Below are positions 41,101-55,588 of a stretch of 64,000 bases of DNA, piece by piece. Within the stretch, counting starts at the first letter, position 1, and each line of letters begins with the position of its first letter. The notes beneath the pieces are model-generated. The model did not search any database, was not told where the DNA came from, and saw nothing but the letters and a program-made list of their open reading frames with translations. A program made the position numbers and the translations under genes. Origin of the DNA: Eledone cirrhosa (Eukaryota); assembly GCA_964016885.1 (NCBI GenBank), contig OZ024749.1, positions 38,564,001 to 38,628,000 on the forward strand, in the 5' to 3' direction.

Positions 41101-41178
41101 TTACCCACCCATTGTATAGTTGTTCTATTTTCTTTCTTTTTTCCTCTTCTTTCCCATACATATATATATGTGTATGTG

Positions 41179-41277
<99 letters not shown>

Positions 41278-41829
41278 GGTGGGGCAGAGAGAGATTCATT
41301 TTCCTTAGGATATGTATTTTTTAATGTCATTTCAAACATTTCGAATATAATCATGTTTTTAACGATATTTTCTTTAAAATATAGTTTGCTTGTTTTAATA
41401 AATAATCGTTTCTATAAGAGTTAAAAAAGAAACCAGCATAGCTATAAAAATAAAATCTTAAAGAACACATAATTCAAAAAATGAAATAATAATCTTTAAA
41501 ATGTAAACTGACATATTCAGTTATAAACACAGACGTCGGCAAGATATTTAGTTACATAATATCATAAAAAAACATTCTAATAACTACCATTAGACAGTTG
41601 TAAACATCGTCAGCAAAATATTTAGTTACTTAAAATAAAAATTTTAAAAAATCACACAATTTAAGAACTACCATACACAATTATAAACATGGCCGTCATC
41701 AAGAAAGAAATTATTAGCAATTAGCAACATAACTACTCTTCTTGTCAGTGTCAAACATTATCTCAGACATTTATCTTCTTATAATATACATTTATATGTC
41801 TATCAATATACGTACATGTGTATGTGCGA

Positions 41830-41880
<51 letters not shown>

Positions 41881-41882
<2 letters not shown>

Positions 41883-42038
41883 AAAAGGTATGACCTCGAC
41901 GGCAGAGCTCAAGCCGTCGAAACGGCTTGAGCTCTGCCGTCGGGGTCATACCTTTTCCTATTACCCACTCTACTACCCTAAGTATTGGGTACTCTGGTGC
42001 GTTATGGTCCATCTGGTTCCTTAGCACAATTCCTTCGT

Positions 42039-42039
<1 letters not shown>
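41881..42039 (+). mobile_element. Family P1 subfamily variant
   Basis: ggaaaaggtatgacctcg.. / ..ggggtcataccttttcc plus P1 tail; similar fragment at 25522-25580. Confidence 0.75.
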
Positions 42040-42110
<71 letters not shown>

Positions 42111-42114
<4 letters not shown>

Positions 42115-42430
42115 GTGGAACACTGGAAGGTAATATCCGTAGTGGTAGAGCACTCAGTCCAAGGGACGAGTTAGGTAGAAGTGGTTACACAACAGTTAGT
42201 TCACCATACCGAGAACAATTGTATCACCTTCACGGATCTTCAGCTCGGGCTGTATATGGTTATAGGAACAGTCTACTATTGCCTGTGTGAAGTGACCGAG
42301 TTTCTGCGCATGCGCGTTCGTACGGTTGTCCTTCCTGTTCCTATAACCATATACATCCCGAGCTGAAGATCCGCGAAGGTGAAACAATTGTTCTCGGTAT
42401 CGTGAACTAACTATTGTGTAACCACTTCTA
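42111..42430 (-). mobile_element. Family P6 palindromic element with tail
   Basis: Tail 42111-42175; arms about 42176-42270 and 42335-42430. Confidence 0.8.
42358..42397 (+). ncRNA. Minimal type I hammerhead ribozyme
   Basis: ccgag-CTGAAGA-tccgcgaaggt-GAAA-caattgt-T-ctcgg; perfect stem I; palindromic stem III ACAATTGT; mirror at about 42208-42249 has GAAA mutated. Confidence 0.8.
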
Positions 42431-42452
42431 TATATAATATATATATACATAC

Positions 42453-43046
<594 letters not shown>

Positions 43047-43084
43047 TATGCATCTGTATATATATGTTGGTAGATATACTAATT

Positions 43085-43161
<77 letters not shown>

Positions 43162-43459
43162 TATAAATATACATACACATACATATACATCTATTTACAT
43201 ATGTGTGTGTGTGTGTGTATTCTTGAGTTATGTCGGTGGAGAGGGGAGTGTAACCACATTTAAAAATGGTACTTACTACATTGATAAAATATGGCCATTT
43301 TTTTTTATTTTACATCCAAATGACTTCTACCGGACTAGAACTGTTTAATTCGTATGAAATCATCTAACTTTCCTTGTGATTTCATACGAATGAAACAATT
43401 CTAGTCCTGTAGAAGTCATTTCTATACAAATTGAAAAAAATAATGTGTATATATATATG

Positions 43460-43550
<91 letters not shown>

Positions 43551-44238
43551 TAAGCAAGTGGTAACGAGGTCTCAATTTAGCATCATACACATATGTTATT
43601 CACACGTGACACGCGTTTCGCAATCAATCGGCTCGTGGTAAGATCGGTCATGATCGGGCCCGACTCTGGGATCGATAGCTCACAGACTTGTTAAACACCA
43701 GATAACTATATATAAGTAGTCGCAAATTAATCTTAGAAAATAAATGAAAACATTGGTTACGAAAAAACACTCGGAAAAACACATACAAAAACATCTTTTC
43801 CTCGTCCATCTTTGAAGTGGGCTTCGGCGAGATTTTCACATGGAGCGTTGGCACACCGAAGTCTTTAATTCCACGCTCTAACGATTCAGACAATTCGCTA
43901 CGTATAACAATATCAATTCAGACAACTGAATCAATTTTATCTATATGATACAATGTATGGCGAACGTATTGATAGCTTTATAATATGATTTTTAAATTCT
44001 AATAAAATTCATTAAATGCAGACGACAATTGATGCACATTCATTCTGTTGCGTTGAGAAGATTGAACGCTAAAATATTGAGTCACACATTTTGTTGAAAT
44101 AGTCAGTTCAGGTGACAGGCAGAAAATCTCGTTAAGTTCGCGTTTATTTATATAGTTGTGTGTGTGTGTAAGTGTATACAACCATATATATGAATATATA
44201 TATATATGTGTATATGTGTGTGTGTGTATCCGTGTGTA

Positions 44239-44304
<66 letters not shown>

Positions 44305-44638
44305 TGTATGTATGTGTGTATAACCAATGTTACCGAATCATGTGACATTTATCTTCAAAAATAATTTATTTCTTTTAATTACTTGCTGTAATTAATTAAT
44401 TAGGCATTAACAATAGGTTTCTGTTCATTAGTTTTAGAAACTCCACTGCCTAAATTTTAATTTATATTTTAATCTATTAATCAACGAGATAAAATTAATT
44501 TTAATAAATATTATTACCTCTATACCTCAGTATATATATATATTTATATATATATACATATATAATTATATATATATACATACATATATATATATGTATA
44601 TATATATATGTATATATATGTATACTTATATATATATG

Positions 44639-44672
<34 letters not shown>

Positions 44673-44748
44673 ATTATATATATATACATACATATATATA
44701 TATGTATATATATATATATGTATATATATGTATACTTATATATATATG

Positions 44749-44797
<49 letters not shown>

Positions 44798-44849
44798 ATA
44801 TATGTATATATATATATACACATATATATATATATGCATATATATATAC

Positions 44850-44880
<31 letters not shown>

Positions 44881-45183
44881 CATATATATATGTATATATA
44901 TATATTTATATATTTATAGATATATTTATATATATATTTATATATATATACATACATACATATAAATATATGTATATACATATATATATTTATGTATATG
45001 TATGTGTGTTGTTTTTATCTTGGATGTTGGTCTTCTGTCGTTGTTGTTGTTGCTGTTGTTGTCATTATTATTGTTACTGTTTTAATACGGTTGTCAATGC
45101 TGCTGATGCTGTTGTTAATGTTACAATTACATTCGCACACGAACAGGCACAAGCACGCTCAAACATATATATATATATATATA

Positions 45184-45385
45184 GGAACGAGTAGGACCCC
45201 GACGGCTGAGCTCAAGCCGTTTCGACGGCTAATTCTGGACTCTGGACGTCCAGAATTAGCCGTCGAAACGGCTTGAGCTCAGCCGTCGTGGTCCTACTCG
45301 TTCCTATTACCCACTCTACTACCCCATGTATTGAGTACTTTGGTGCGTTATGGTCCACCTGGTTCCTTACCACATTTCCTTCGTT
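45184..45385 (+). mobile_element. Family P1 mini-element
   Basis: Inverted arm plus arm plus tail ending cttcgtt(at)n. Confidence 0.8.
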
Positions 45386-45408
45386 ATATATATATATATA
45401 TATATATT

Positions 45409-45787
45409 CTAGGGCGGGTAAAATTCCCGATATCCATGGACGAGTTCTCTCCAGCGGTCTCTGTCCCTCATTATCGCTGCCATGTCTTGCGTCTCCAACA
45501 GAACAGTGTTTGTCCTTAGGGCATCAACATACGTTAACCTTGGTCTTCCTCTTCCAGTGTGTCCATGTAGGGGCTCCCACAGGAGCACTGAGTGCAGTGT
45601 CAACTCTGGATGTCGGTGAGCATGCCCAGCTAACCTCAGTCTCCTCTGCGTCACTTTTGAGCTGACTTTTGGGAGGCTCCCATACAGCTCTGAGTTTTTC
45701 ATCCTCAGTGTATACTGATTAATGTTCAGAGCCATCCTCAGCATTCTCGTGTAACACCCATCCACCATCTGAGTGAGTTTTTTGGTC

Positions 45788-45790
<3 letters not shown>
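45409..45790 (-). pseudogene. 5'-truncated RTE-clade LINE, 3' end
   Basis: DGCYTRMLRMALN..RRLRLAGH..LLWEP..GRGRPRLTYVD; open frame; TA-repeat flanks. Confidence 0.85.
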
Positions 45791-45848
<58 letters not shown>

Positions 45849-45849
45849 T

Positions 45850-46198
45850 TAGAAATTAAGGGTTTTTTTTACAAAATTAAAAATAACCGAGGTGTCCTAC
45901 ACGAGTGAAAGTATAAAGAAAAAAAGATGAAATCGAAAATGCAACTGGAGTCTTATTTTTAAAAAAATATATATATTTATTTGGTTCCTTTACGGGTTTC
46001 GCAGTTCTTCTACTTTTCAAAAGTAGAGTTGAGATGGAGGGTCTGTGTTTTTTCTCACATATATATATATGAAAAAGTACAGACCCTCCATCTCAACTCT
46101 ACTTTTGAAAAGCAGAAAAACTGCGAAACCGGTAAAGGAACCAAATAAATATATATATTTTTTTAAAAATAAGACTCCAGTTGCATTTTCGATTTCAT

Positions 46199-46202
<4 letters not shown>
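45850..46202 (-). mobile_element. Family P7 palindromic element with tail
   Basis: Tail 45850-45920; arms about 45923-46046 and 46079-46202. Confidence 0.78.
46102..46137 (+). ncRNA. Minimal hammerhead ribozyme, U3-A8 core variant
   Basis: ctt-TTGAAAA-gcagaaaaactgc-GAAA-ccggt-A-aag; same core in the mirror arm. Confidence 0.6.
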
Positions 46203-46261
<59 letters not shown>

Positions 46262-46425
46262 CTATTATAGACACCCGTTTTACGTGTTTTGTATTGAAGC
46301 GAATAACTATGTGTATACTCTGGGAATGTTTCCTACATTACCTATTGAGTACGTTGAGACACAACCGGTCCTGGAATTGATAAATATGGTGGGTCCGTCA
46401 ACTCCTAATTATATATATATATATA

Positions 46426-46589
46426 GGAACGAGTAGGACCCCGACGGCTGAGCTCAAGCCGTTTCCGTCGAAACGGCTTGAGCTCAGCCGTCGGGGTCCT
46501 ACTCGTTCCTATTACCCACTCTACTACCCTAAGTATTGAGTACTTTGGTGCGTTATGGTCCATCTGTTCCTTACCACATTTCCTTCATT
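46426..46589 (+). mobile_element. Family P1 mini-element
   Basis: Shorter palindrome plus tail. Confidence 0.78.
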
Positions 46590-46894
46590 ATATATATATA
46601 TATATATATATACACATACACAAACATAATCAGACATAAACACACGCACAAACACACATACATGCATACCTACGCACTAACACACATATATTGTACATAT
46701 GTGTGTAGGATCTGCGTCGGTTAAGACGAGATCAGTGTTCCAGTTGTTCGAACAACAGAACGGCCCGCTCCTGAAACCAACATGCAAGGACCTGAACATT
46801 TCACGGTAGATTCACTGTGATCCACTATGTGACTGGCTTGATCCATTGAATTACTGGTACAACTACTTTTGGTCAGCTGACGGATCATGAGCTT

Positions 46895-46992
46895 TGTGAA
46901 ATAAAGTGTCTTGCTCATTGACACAACGCGTCGCCGGCAATCGAACTCACGCCCTTAAAATCGTGAATCGCACGCCCTACCCACTAAGCCAT
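46895..46992 (-). mobile_element. Family 2 SINE head
   Basis: aagtgtcttgctca domain, gcaatcgaactc B box, ccactaagcca A box (all reverse). Confidence 0.65.
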
Positions 46993-47043
46993 ACATACCC
47001 GTAGGTATTCACACAATTAGTTCAGTTTCTCTCTCTCTCTCTC

Positions 47044-47074
<31 letters not shown>

Positions 47075-47119
47075 CTCTATCTATCTATCTATCTATCTCT
47101 ATCTCTCTCACTCTCTATT

Positions 47120-47152
<33 letters not shown>

Positions 47153-47163
47153 CACTCTCTATT

Positions 47164-47248
<85 letters not shown>

Positions 47249-47271
47249 CATTCTCTCTCTCTATTTATCTA

Positions 47272-47308
<37 letters not shown>

Positions 47309-47608
47309 CTCGCTCTACTTGCTGTATTCTAGTTATGTATGGGTTAATCAATATATTTTAAACTTCACTATATTTAATATCCAGTGAAGTATCTTAATAT
47401 ATATATTACATAAATAACATTCATTACATTCTTCGCCTAAATAAATTTATTAGAATAACATTTAGCTTGTGGCCGTCGCAAGAATGGACGTGCTGTATGG
47501 CGTGTGAATTCGCTTGTAAAAAGTACCTCTCAAGAAACGATGCAGCAGACGACATGGCGAAAGTATACCAGTGAATTAAATTATCAACGTCAGAATGATT
47601 TATAGTTT

Positions 47609-47657
<49 letters not shown>

Positions 47658-47872
47658 AATTGAAAAGTAAATAGTAATTAATTATAAACCATTAGTTTTA
47701 ATTGTCTATAAAATCATTCAAATACTCTTTAAATATCGTATAATATGAACTATATTTATTGAACACATTTAAATATCTAAATATATAAACTAATTATATA
47801 TTTCTCCCTAAAGAGAAATAATCAACTTGAGATTTAAATTGTTTTCTTACAAACACACACACGTGTGTGTGC

Positions 47873-47904
<32 letters not shown>

Positions 47905-48059
47905 GTTTGTGTGCATATATATATATATGTGTGTATATATATATATGCACATATACACATACATATATATACAATATGCATATGCATCCAAAACACGCAT
48001 ATATAAACATATGTGTGGTTCAACTGATATTTGTCCTTCTAATGCAGACACACACACAC

Positions 48060-48185
<126 letters not shown>

Positions 48186-48426
48186 GTATATATATATATA
48201 TATATACACAAACAACAGAGATGAACATATTCTGATTCTAGTCTCCATTGCGTCTGGGAAGCAAATCGATCGTAGACTCGAGCTGAACGTAACCGATCAA
48301 AGCTGTCAGCTGGTCATTTGCCAAACACTGGTTACGCTTGATTACAAATAACATGTTAAACTTAAACTTCAATTTCTTTCTTAATACATACATACATTCA
48401 TACGTATATACATACATAAATGAATG

Positions 48427-48457
<31 letters not shown>

Positions 48458-48799
48458 ACTTTAAATTAAGTTAAAGAGACAATTCTAGATTATGATAAAC
48501 CGCTGTTTCATTTGTTGAATTATCGAAACAGAACATAACAGCATCGACTTCACCGATATGGAATGGCAGAAAAGATGCATCGGTATTGCTTCGTCGTAAT
48601 TAGAAGAAAATTGATATTTCGATTATATTTGCACCCCAAAGATGTATCGATAATGGTGTTCCACAAATAAATGTAAAACGGTAAGATTTTTCTCATCAAA
48701 GTGGTTAAAGGAAGACAAATTCTTTCGTACGATATCACAGATAAACAAGTAAAACATATACCAACATCTTTTTACGGGCAAAGAAGAAGACAATGTCAG

Positions 48800-49060
48800 T
48801 CTTCTTCTTTGCCCACTTATTCCTGAAAAGGTCGAGGGAGCAGAGTCCTCAAACACTCCCTCCATAGGGTCCTGTCAGAAGCAACCATCTGCAACTGATT
48901 CGGTTGGATCCCCAAGCATTACCAGCCAAGCTCATAAATGTTATCCAGCCATCTTGCTCAAGGTCTACTCCTGGGTCTCCTTCCTGTTGGTTTCGCCCGT
49001 AAAATCTGCCCAGCGATTCTTTCCTGAGACATTCTAACTACATGCCAATAGTAGTAGTAT
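48800..49060 (-). pseudogene. RTE-clade LINE 3' fragment, same family as 6150-6490
   Basis: YYWHVVRMSQE / IAGQILRAKPTGRRPRSRP / RWLDNI..WRECLRTLLPRP. Confidence 0.7.
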
Positions 49061-49257
49061 CATGACTGGCGGGTGTGATATTGTCATAGATGTAAAATCT
49101 TTCTGGTCTTCAAGATTGTTTAGAGAAATGCTGAAAGTTGTCCTCAAACTGAAAATATTGCTTGTATGCTTGGAACAGGGTAGACACTACTAAATTCTTA
49201 CAACAGCTGGGTGGTGGTGATAATCCGGGTGACGAATTAAAACCACAAACAGTTCCT

Positions 49258-49400
49258 CCGGCAGGCTTCCACACAGTTGGCTACTACCAAATTTCAACAA
49301 AGCTTTGTTAAAAGACATCTGTCCGCGGTTCTGCGAAATGGGATCGAACCCACCACCACGTAATAGCAAGATGGGTTTTTTTAACCAACCACGCAGCTAT
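49258..49400 (-). mobile_element. Degenerate tRNA-derived SINE, family 3
   Basis: gggatcgaaccc reverse B box; ggcaggcttccacacag body. Confidence 0.45.
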
Positions 49401-49659
49401 AAATACGACCAAATGAATTCAAAGATAAATGACAGAGGAAATATTAGCCATCAGCATAGATTTCTCTCGTATAACTATCTCTTTAATATCTAATAGACCA
49501 TAGCAGGATCAACATTTCAAACTCACATTCAATAGAGAAAAAAACAACAACACTAAATTGTTTCGTATATACATATGAAAGCGTTTTTAAATATATTTAT
49601 AACATATTTATATATCTACATTATATTCATATACCTATAACATATTCATATATCTACAA

Positions 49660-50020
49660 CATATTTCTATATCTACCACCCATTTGTTTATTTATAACAC
49701 ACATATATTTATATATATATTTATATATATATATGTGTATGTCTGTGTGTGTGTGTGTGTAAACGTATATAAACATATTTCTATATCTACCACCCATTTA
49801 TTTATTTATAACACACATATATTTATATATATATTTATATATATATATGTGTGTGTCTGTGTGTGTGTGTGTAAACGTATATAAACATATTTCTATATCT
49901 ACCACCCATTTGTTTATTTATAACACACATATATTTATATATATATTTATATATATATATGTGTGTGTCTGTGTGTGTGTGTGTGTGTGTGTAAACGTAT
50001 ATAAACATATTTATATATCT
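49660..50020. repeat. Tandem triplication of about 115 bp containing TA/TG tracts
   Basis: catatttctatatctaccacccattt...gtaaacgtatataaa occurs three times. Confidence 0.85.
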
Positions 50021-50489
50021 AGCATATATATATATATATATATACATGTTATACGTATTGAATATCTTTTCACGCACGGGAAAGCATGAATGAAAGAATA
50101 TTTACTGCTTTTAACATATTTATGTGCTTCTGAATATATTAAAAATATTGAGTATCCTTTTATATATGGAACAGCTTGGTAGTCGTGAGGTATGGGAATC
50201 CGTTTTATTTCATCTTGATAAAACTGCTCGCTAGATATAATTTGGTTCCAAGGTATTCACGATATCTCATAAAATAGGATTTCCTGATCCGCCGGAGAGC
50301 CGCTGGAAATAGCTACAATATCCTCTTCGAATCACACCTCAAATAACTTCTTATAAATTAAAGAAGAAAGACATGTAGGATGAGGTAGCGTTAGTCTTCT
50401 ATTATAATTCTAATCGTGTCTAGATTGTGTTATATGAATATTAAATCGACCCGCTGTACGTGTGTCGTATTTTATAGAATCGTATACTT

Positions 50490-50960
50490 TCAAGTGAGAA
50501 AGGTGCTTGCTTAGTCAGCATGCCGCAAGTTTAAGGGAATATGGACATCATGGGTAAGCAGAAAGCTTAAAGAAAGGAATTTTATTGCAATAGTAGAGTC
50601 CGTTGTTTTTTATGGATCAGAAACATAAAGCCTAACAAAGCAACTAGAAAAGAGAATTGATGGCTGCTATAGAAGGATGTTGCGCATAGCATTTAATGTT
50701 TTATGAACACAGAAACTGACCAGCAGGGACTTGCAAGTAGAGCAGAGGAAAATGATACTTGCAGTTCAACTGTGTTGTCCCCAGGAGGAGAGAACAAGTG
50801 ATCTTATTTTGTAGGAACCATCTGATAGAAACTCAAGCAGGAGTAGAAAGAAATAATATTACATTGATGGCCTGCTGGAAGATACTGGAGTGGAATGTAT
50901 AATAGAACTCAGAACACTAATGATGGATAAAGAGATAAAGAGATTTGAAGGACACGGGTA
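50490..50960 (+). pseudogene. Old RTE-clade LINE 3' fragment
   Basis: FIAIVESVVFYGSET*SLTKQLEKRIDGCYRRMLRIAFNV with stops; related to 45409-45790. Confidence 0.7.
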
Positions 50961-51025
50961 AAGACAGGTGGACGAGTTGGCAATCGACATGGAGAGGGAT
51001 AAATAGCTTTCCTTATTAACTAAGT

Positions 51026-51245
51026 TCGGTGGATTGTGCAGTTTCAGTAGAGCGTCGGTCACCATGCGTCGTAGCATAGAGTTACGGCTCTTTACGTTAT
51101 GGGTTCAAATCCCGTCGAGGTTAGCTTTGCCTTTCATCCTTCCGCGGTCGATAAAATAAAGCACCAGTAATGTACTGGTGTCGATTTAATCAACTTTCCC
51201 TTCCCTCCAAAATTGCTGGCCTTATACCTATACGAGAAACCGTTG
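51026..51245 (+). mobile_element. Family 1 SINE
   Basis: gggttcaaatccc B box, core and tail. Confidence 0.8.
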
Positions 51246-51349
51246 TTAACTAAATTTAATCATATCATATTAACATAAAATGATTGAATGTTTGGTAGTT
51301 AATGAATTTTCACCACTTTTGTTGCTGCTGCTGTTGTTGCTGTGGTTTG

Positions 51350-52183
51350 TTGCTGTTGTTGTTGTTAATTACTACTGCCATCACGACTCTAACAACAATA
51401 CCACCAAGACCACCACCAACAACAATACCAACACCAACAAAAACAACAACAACAGTACCATCTCTACAACCATCGCCGTCGCCACCACCATCACAACCAC
51501 CACCAACAAGAGTACCACCACGGCCGCCACCAACACTAACAAGAACGCCAACAACAATACCAACACTAACAATCATCGCCGCCACCACCACCGCCACCAC
51601 CACCACCACCACCACAACCATCACCGCCACCACCATCAACAACAATACCACCACAACCATCGCCGCCGCCACCGCCGCCACCACCACCACCACAACCATC
51701 ACCGCCACCACCATCAACAACAATACCACCTCTACAATCATCGCCGCCACCACCACAACCACAACCATCACCATCACCGCCACCACCATCAACAACAATA
51801 CCACCTCTACAATCATCGCCGCCGCCGCCGCCACCACCACAACCACAACCATCACCGCCACCACCATCAACAACAATACCACCACCACAACCATCGCCGC
51901 CGCCACCGCCGCCACCACCACCACCACAACCATCACCGCCACCACCATCAACAACAATATCACCTCCATCACAACCATCGCCGCCGCCACCGCCACCACC
52001 ACCACAACCATCACCGCCACCACCATCAACAACAATATCACCTCCATCACAACCATCGCCGCCGCCACCGCCACCACCACCACCACCACAACCATCACCG
52101 CCACCACCATCAACAACAATATCACCTCCATCACAACCATCGCCGCCGCCGCCACCACCTCCATCACAACCACCATCACAACC

Positions 52184-52217
<34 letters not shown>

Positions 52218-52309
52218 CCAATACTAACAACGAAGCCAACAGCAGTACCACCACTACAAATATCACCAGCATCAATCACCACTGAGAAGACAACAACAAC
52301 AACAACAGC

Positions 52310-52349
<40 letters not shown>

Positions 52350-52359
52350 GCAACAACAA

Positions 52360-52390
<31 letters not shown>

Positions 52391-52400
52391 AACAACAACA
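51350..52400. repeat. Cryptic CAC/CAA/CGC triplet satellite with a higher-order unit of about 60 bp
   Basis: Recurring accatcaccgccaccaccatcaacaacaata unit; ends in (CAA)n. Confidence 0.85.
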
Positions 52401-52832
52401 TTCAACCTAAACACACTACTTCCTATATAACAGTTCCGATCTACTTGAAAACTATCTTTTTTAAAATGGCGACTTTAAAAAAAAAATATTTCCAAAATTC
52501 TTTCAACGATGTCCAGATAACAAATATCGCTTTGTTGATAGTTTCTTTTCTTTCTTTCTTTTTTTTTTTTTTTTTTGTTTTGTTTTGTTTTGTTTTATTT
52601 TGTTTTTTTTACAACAACGAAGGGTGGGGGTGGGGGTGGACACTGACTGCGCGTTTGAAATTATCAACAACATAGTTTGTGTCTATATATGAAATCGAAA
52701 GATAAGCTGTATTGGACAAAATAGCTTACATGTGTTTGTCTGTCTATACCTGATATGATCCTGACACAAAACACAGAAAAAAGACAAAGCAAGAGAGAGA
52801 GAGAGAGACGGGGAGAGAGAAAGAGAGAGTAG

Positions 52833-52871
<39 letters not shown>

Positions 52872-53029
52872 AGAGAGAGGGAGGGGAGAGAGAAAGTGAT
52901 TCAGGCCAAAACTGAAACCAAATAATCCTGAAATTAGCCAATATAATCTATCCAGGTGGATAATACCGACTAAGGGGAGGTATGGAGTAGAGAATATCAA
53001 CAGGCTGCATTGACACTTTTCACAATTAG

Positions 53030-53812
53030 ATAATAATTGTTTCTACTTTAGGCACAAGGCCAGCAATTACCCAGTAGATTACTGGTACTTTATTTTATCG
53101 ACCCCCGTAAGGATGAAAGGCAAAGTTAACCTCGGCCGGATTTGAACTCAGACTCTAAAGGGACATACCGACTAAAGGGAATATCAACAGGCTACATTGA
53201 CACTTTTCACAATTAGATAATAATGGCTTCTACTTTATGCACAAGGCCAGCAATTACCCAGTAGATTACTGGTACTTCATTTTATCGACCCCGTAAGAAT
53301 GAAAGGCAAAGTTAACCTCGGCCGGATTTGAACTCAGACTGTAAAGGGACATACCGACTAAAGGGAATATCAACAGGCTACATTGACACTTTTCACAATT
53401 AGATAATAATGGCTTCTACTTTAGGCACAAGGTCAGCAATTACCCAGTAAAATTACTGGTACTTTATGTTATCGACAACGTAAGGATGAAAAGCAAAGTG
53501 AACCTAGGCGGGATTTGAACTCGGGCTATAAAGGGGCGTAACTCTATGCTGCAAAGCATGGCGTACGACCTTCTACCGATACTGCCAATCCCCTGCCTTC
53601 ACAATTAGATAATAATTGCTTCTACTTTGGGCGCAAGGCCAGCAATTAACCAGTACATTACTGGTACTTTATTTTATCGACCCCGTAACGATGAAAGGCA
53701 ACGTTACCCTCGGCGTGATTTGAACTCAGAATGGCAAGGGCCGTAACTCTGTGCGTCAAAGTATGGTGTCCAACCCTCTACCGATACTGCCATTCTAATC
53801 TAGGCACAAGAC
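53030..53812 (-). mobile_element. Tandem array of four family 1 SINE units duplicated together with flank
   Basis: Each unit starts cacaattagataataat; units 1-2 are 5'-truncated and linked by ataccgactaaagggaatatcaacaggc. Confidence 0.85.
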
Positions 53813-53959
53813 CACCAATTTCATTCAGTGTTATGCCACAGGCGGGTTATTGTTGATGTTCCCTCAAAGTTCTGCTGACACTCATATGGGTTGATTAAAT
53901 AACAAAAATATACCAAATGTATATATATTTATATATATACCAAATATATATATATATAT

Positions 53960-54248
53960 ATAAATGAAATAACAGGAGGCTGGACTGGTGTAAATCCTTG
54001 AAAGGTTTATTATACACTACGTTGAGTACTATTCACAATATTACATCATAGTATAATAAACCTTTCAAGGATTTACACCAGTCCAGCCTCCTGTTATTTC
54101 ATTTATAATTAACTCCGTATTTGCACCACCAACTACACAAACGAAGATGGGTGAACTGCACTGCGTTGAGTACTCTTCACAATATTACACCAGGATTGAC
54201 CATACGGAATGACCAGTTCTATCCAGTGGTGAACCAACAAACCTAAAG
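53960..54248 (+). mobile_element. Palindromic mini-element plus tail
   Basis: Arms 53960-54015 and 54051-54107; tail starts attaactccgt and contains gttgagtactc. Confidence 0.7.
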
Positions 54249-54250
54249 AG

Positions 54251-54300
<50 letters not shown>

Positions 54301-54302
<2 letters not shown>

Positions 54303-54505
54303 CGGAGGAAATGTGGTAAGGAACCAGGTGGACCATAACGCACCAAAGTACTCAATACTTAGGGTAGTAGAGTGGGTAATAGGAACGAGTAGGACCCCGA
54401 CGGCTAAGCTCAAGCCGTTTCGACGGCTAATTCTGGACGACTAATTCTGAGTCCAGAATTAGCCGTCGAAACGGCTTGAGCTCAGCCGTCGGGGTCCTAC
54501 TCGTT

Positions 54506-54507
<2 letters not shown>
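54301..54507 (-). mobile_element. Family P1 mini-element retaining the whole putative stem II
   Basis: Centre gacgactaattctg-agtc-cagaattagccgtc-GAAAC. Confidence 0.8.
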
Positions 54508-54540
<33 letters not shown>

Positions 54541-54543
<3 letters not shown>

Positions 54544-54959
54544 GGAGGTGAGTTTTATTGTAGTACAATAAAGCAATGCAGATATCGGATAAGAAGCACT
54601 CTACAGTTTGTAGGACTGGAGTATGCATAATATAAGATCAAAAGATGGTTAAAGGAGTTCCATGTATTTTATTATGCGCATTTCAAAAACAAACATCATC
54701 ATGCAATAATATTTGTGTTTTCATCAGATAAAACAGGAGAACATGATATGAAGGCTAAAAAACACTTGTGGATAGTGCAGTTTTAAATCAACATATGATA
54801 TGTTGATTTAAAACTGCACTATCCACAAGTGTTTTTTAGCCTTCATATCATGTTCTCCTGTTTTATCTGATGAAAACACAAATATTATTGCATGATGATG
54901 TTTGTTTTTGAAATGCGCATAATAAAATACATGGAACTCCTTTAACCATCTTTTGATCT

Positions 54960-54968
<9 letters not shown>
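54541..54968 (-). mobile_element. Family P4 palindromic element with tail
   Basis: Tail 54541-54627; essentially perfect arms of about 168 bp centred at about 54797. Confidence 0.85.
54859..54929 (+). ncRNA. Type I hammerhead ribozyme (mirror on minus strand at about 54665-54735)
   Basis: tgttttat-CTGATGA-aaacacaaatattat..atgatgtttgttttt-GAAA-tgcgcat-A-ataaaata. Confidence 0.75.
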
Positions 54969-55036
<68 letters not shown>

Positions 55037-55502
55037 AACGAGTAGGACCCCCGATATATAAATATATAAATAACAAAAATACACCAAATATATATGTGTG
55101 TGTGTGTGTGTGTTATTAAAGAAACTGCCGCTGTCGCTAGTAGTGGTAGTGGTATTGATGGTGGTAGTGGGATTTCTTCTAATACCTTACACTATGACTT
55201 TGAGTGGCAGAGGAGGCTTAATGTCAAGAATAGTTCCAGAAATATCCGGATCACCTGTCACAGCCACTATCTTGTTATCTTACCATCTTGCCGACACATT
55301 CAGTCATTCTACCATCTTTAATATTGTGGTATAAGGAATTCTTTGATTTTTAATTCACACGCATATCTATATATGTGTGTGTGATTGTGCACACATACAT
55401 ATATGTGTATATATATATATGTGTGTGTGTGTTTATATATATAATATATATATATATATATACATGTATATATATATATATGTTTACATATACATACACA
55501 CA

Positions 55503-55588
<86 letters not shown>

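Noticed and set aside
51280-52414. His/Arg-rich, Thr-rich or Gly-rich proteins
   Set aside because: Triplet-based satellite open in most frames; no unique coding flank or splice sites identified.
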